NCBI GenBank assembly: GCA_009103225.1
Contig: RHPI01003041.1
Span: 1 to 64,000, forward strand
DNA: 64,000 nucleotides
Direction of reading: 5' to 3'
DNA from: Chlorokybus atmophyticus
Taxonomy: Eukaryota > Plantae > Mesostigma and Chlorokybus algae
The notes under the pieces: model-generated
What the model was told of the DNA's origin: nothing
Database searches by the model: none
The model's input: the letters and a program-made list of their open reading frames with translations, nothing else
Position numbers and translations under genes: made by a program
In this document: positions 60,258-64,000 of the stretch, in pieces
Layout: each line of letters begins with the position of its first letter
How positions within the stretch are numbered: the stretch's first letter is position 1

Positions 60258-62957
60258 AATAGCTCCAGGTGCTTCTGCAATGTCGCTGTACTGTACACCA
60301 GGATGTCGTCGAGGTAGACAAGTACTCCTTTGCCGAGCAAATCTCGAAAAACCGCATTCATCAGTGATTGAAACGTAGCTGGGGCGTTTGTCATACCAAA
60401 GGACAGGACCAACCATTCGTAACGCCCATACCGAGTGTTGAAAGCAGTCTTTTCAATGTCCTCATCCGCAACTCGTACTTGATGATAAGCACCAGCCAAG
60501 TCAATCTTGCTGAAGAATGCAGATCCAGACAATTGCTTTAACAATTCAATAATACGTGGCAGAGGGAATCGGTTTTTTTGGGTGATGCGGTTCAAGCCAC
60601 GGTAGTCAATGCACATTCACAGCTTGCCATCTTGCTTCCTTGCAAACAGGATCTGTGCACCGTAAGGTGACTTTGAAGGCCGTATCAGATCTCTGTGCAG
60701 CAAGTTCTGCACTTGCCGCTCTGCTTCTGCCACCTCAGCAGGGGACATCTCAAAGACATGGCGATAAGGAGGCTTGTGATCACTAGGAAGCAACTCCACA
60801 CTATGATCAACATGTCTCCTTGGAGGTAGACCACTGGGTAGACCTTCAACCAGCACATCAGCGTCAAGTCATGCAACAGCGTCTTCAACTCCGGAGTGCG
60901 TGAAGTCTCACCACTTGTCTCCTCAGCAACGCCATCATACTTGCGTTCCTTGATGACACACAACAAGCCGTCCGTCGCATTGCTGCACACTTGCCTCATA
61001 AAGTTCGCAGGGGAGAGGGCACAAAGTAACGACCCATCATCATGATCTGAATAAGAGCGCCTAAGTCTCAAATGCCTGCCTTCAACTTTGTGACAAGCTC
61101 CATTGGTCAAGGATTCACAACGAGATGACTGCATGATAGTCTCTGGCTGATCCCTCCTCGGAGCATCAGCAACAGCAGAGACAACAGCAGTGGAATCATT
61201 GACAGCATGCGGTGTAGCAGACCGTACATACCCGCACGGTAGACGCGTGCATTGCTAAACAACCGTCGAGCATGGGCATGTAACAGATAAAGCGTACCGA
61301 CAAGATGTGTCAACTCCCACAGCTGAAATGATGGCAGATGAAGAAGGTGTCACAGGGACACACAACGACTTCAATCTCAAGTTAATTGAAGGGTTTTGCA
61401 GCTCGAGCCAAGGCATGCCAAGAATGCCAACATACTTGCCACGCAACAACGTGCAAGTGAATTGCAGAAAATCACCTGTAGTTGGAGTAAGCTCGACCAA
61501 TACCCGGTTGCTCAACTCCGACATAGCACAACGCCCATCAGGGAACATAACCTTGCCACCAGTAATGCCAGACAGTAAGGAATGTCTCCGAGCAAACTCG
61601 ATGTCGAGGAAGTTGTGCATCGCGCCACAATAAACGAGAACTTGACCATCGTGACCTCCAACTTGGGCTTCGAGGATCATCAATCCCGTATGGGCATGCG
61701 TGCGCAAATCAACTCCATCGCAAGCAGATGCAGTGAACAACTCAGCTGTCCGCTCCTCAGGCTGCATCTTAGTCTCAGCAGTAGCCCCAATGTCTATTGA
61801 GACTGACCGTTTTCCTGCCGCTTGATGCTGATTGTCGCATTCAGATGCTTGGGCTTGAAGGGGAGTACTCCGACAGGTCAACGAGGCTCTTTGCAAGCAG
61901 TTAATTTGTGGGACTTGTTTTCACAATTCCAGCAAAAAAAACACCACGCGAATGGGTGCCTTTAGTAGCACGCTGAAAGGTTGCAGCAAGAGAAGGAACA
62001 TCGCCTTCTTCCTCGCTATTAGCATCACTACTTGCAGCAGCAGCATATGATTTCACCTCGTAGTGTGATGGTTGACCAGGCCGCAATTGAGAAGGTGGTC
62101 GGGATTGACAAAAAGATTGTGGAAGAAGAGCATCCGCACGCTCCGCTCGCTTGATAGCATCTTGCAGAGTGGCCGGATCAGACTTCTCAACTTCCAGGCG
62201 AATGTGTGGCTTGAGCCCACGAACAAACTTGTCCAAGCGCTCCTCATCAGTTATGCCGGGAATAAACAGAGCCATGTGCAAGAACTTTTCCGTGTAGACA
62301 GCAACGGATGTCAATTGAGTCAATGCGTGAAGGCGATCTCGAGCACATTGCTTACTTGTAATGGGAACAAATTGCCTGCGCACTTTTGCAGCATACTCTT
62401 CAAAGGTTGACAGCGTTGGAGCATCTCCACTTTCCACACGAGACAAATAAGACCTCCACCATGTCAATGCAGCACTTCGCAGATACATGGCCAAAGCAAT
62501 GACGTGCTGATGCGAGGGGACACGCGCAAGATCGACGTACTGCCGACAATGAAATAAATACGCATCAACTTTGTCCTCATCTCGCTGACCGTGATAAAAG
62601 TCCGGTTTTGCTGGCTTGTACTGATGGGAGGATGACGTAATAGAACCTCCAGCACCTTGTGACACTGCAGCAACTTCATCCGAAGAGGTTGCTGAGTGCC
62701 CCTCCACCGCACATAGACGCTCCTCTGCAGCGACCGCGCGTTGGTTGGCAAAATTGGCAGCCTCCTCAGTTACTTGTAAACTCTCCTCATCGGTGGTGAG
62801 GCGAGCCATCAAGCTTTGGAGCTGCTTACTCAGCACCTCGATGCGTTGGGTGTTGTTCACCATAGTGGGAAGAGGAAAAGTGTCCGATGCAATAAAGATC
62901 GGTATATGTGGCTATTCACCTGATAACCACCTGCAAAACTAGCTCCGATACCAAAAA

Positions 62958-63607
62958 TTTAACGATGCTTGTGCTGATTGAACACCTCACCAGAGCTACC
63001 AGCCTGATGAACGAGCTAGGATGCAACTGAGCACACTAATGGCGCTATCACACGTGCACCTACTCGCAATCAATCAACAACAGTATTCGCACCGTGGGGT
63101 TGAACACCTTGAGGGCAATGTAGGCACCTCGAAGCTTGTGGGGCAGTCCGGTCCGTGCAAGAGCTGTAGCAAAAGCACACCCACGCGCACACATGCACCG
63201 TGGATGCAAACTACACAAGCATGCGCACACCGTCCACAACAAGAGCAATAACTTAATTTCCACTTGGTCCAATCTCCCTAATAGCAGTATACTAGCTACT
63301 TGTATACCTAAGAGGCTTCACTATCATTTTAGAAGTCAACTATGTTGATTCCACCGCGAACACATGCTCAAAAACACGTGAATTAGCTGTTTAAACTGCG
63401 TCGGCGCATGGAAACTGTCAACGGTGATCAAATGTCAGCGCATAACGCTCGCGTGACCTTTTTTACGCGCGCCCTTGATGTAGGAATAACCCGGCGACTT
63501 GGGACTTTATATAAGCATAACGCGTCAGGCCTGTTAAACAGGGCTGTTTTGGGGTAAAAGGGCTGGAAATTCAGCTTAAAAGCAAGTGTAATACCAACTT
63601 TGTTACA
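62958..63607 (-). repeat. 5' LTR of chromovirus
   Basis: Followed on the coding strand by a tRNA-iMet-type PBS. Confidence 0.95.
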
Positions 63608-64000
63608 CATGTACTTGTCTCACTACTCTTAGTTTGGAGCATATCAGTCAGTTAGGCATTGCTACTTGTATGCTAAGATTTTTGCATGTGGACGTGTACA
63701 ATAATGGGCAGCTGTCACTGCACAACTAAGACCACAATCGAATGTCGAATGCAACATTCAACAATCAATCAGCCGTGTGCCATTAAGCATCAATACAATG
63801 CACCACACTCAAGCCTCATATTCCATAACATAGGAGGGTAGTCACAGCGCATATCCATTGTTTCAAGCATGAGACTCCCTATGCACTCCGCCATTGCGGG
63901 AGGAACTGCATTTGCTATCGTAACGGCCGAGGTCATCCATGGCACTCCCAGCGTTGATTGCCATGCAGCTATGCCACCCCTAGTGCTTAGAAGGCCATAG

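Larger units (their letters stand above)
41686..63607 (-). mobile_element. Chromovirus (Ty3/Gypsy with chromodomain), defective; hosts a 16.9-kb nested block
   Basis: LTRs 41686-42334 and 62958-63607, perfect CATGT TSD, PBS TGGTATCGGAGC (62942-62953), PPT GCGGGGAGGAG. Gag 61901-62863, degenerate protease, RT (CIDYRGLN, YLDD) interrupted at 60258/43352, integrase, chromodomain EFEVEDILD..WEP near 42375-42545. Confidence 0.95.

Overview
This is the left end of a eukaryotic chromosome with a (CCCTAA)n, i.e. TTAGGG-type, telomere. The intron style and transposon content suggest a green alga (inference). From the telomere inward the window holds: a subtelomere with short interstitial telomere tracts; one intact 17-exon gene on the minus strand (3303-9062, 1251 aa by my splice reconstruction, signal peptide, Pro linker, C-terminal ConA/DUF1349-like domain); and an AT-richer spacer. 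About 48 kb of nested, mostly decayed transposons follows: an L1/Tx1 LINE, a CACTA-type transposase split by two Copia copies, a Plavaka-like transposase, and a chromovirus (41686-63607). The main discovery sits inside the chromovirus RT. It is a Ty3/Gypsy-type element (43353-60257, 4-bp AATA TSD) encoding a C5 DNA-cytosine methyltransferase between protease and RT and a PHD finger after a DDE integrase. It has split terminal repeats (X-internal-Y-X-Y on the coding strand) and an apparent Tf1-like self-priming site. It is itself interrupted by a young Copia (45926-51414) and a solo LTR (55790-56246). All calls come from reading the sequence; no searches were run.
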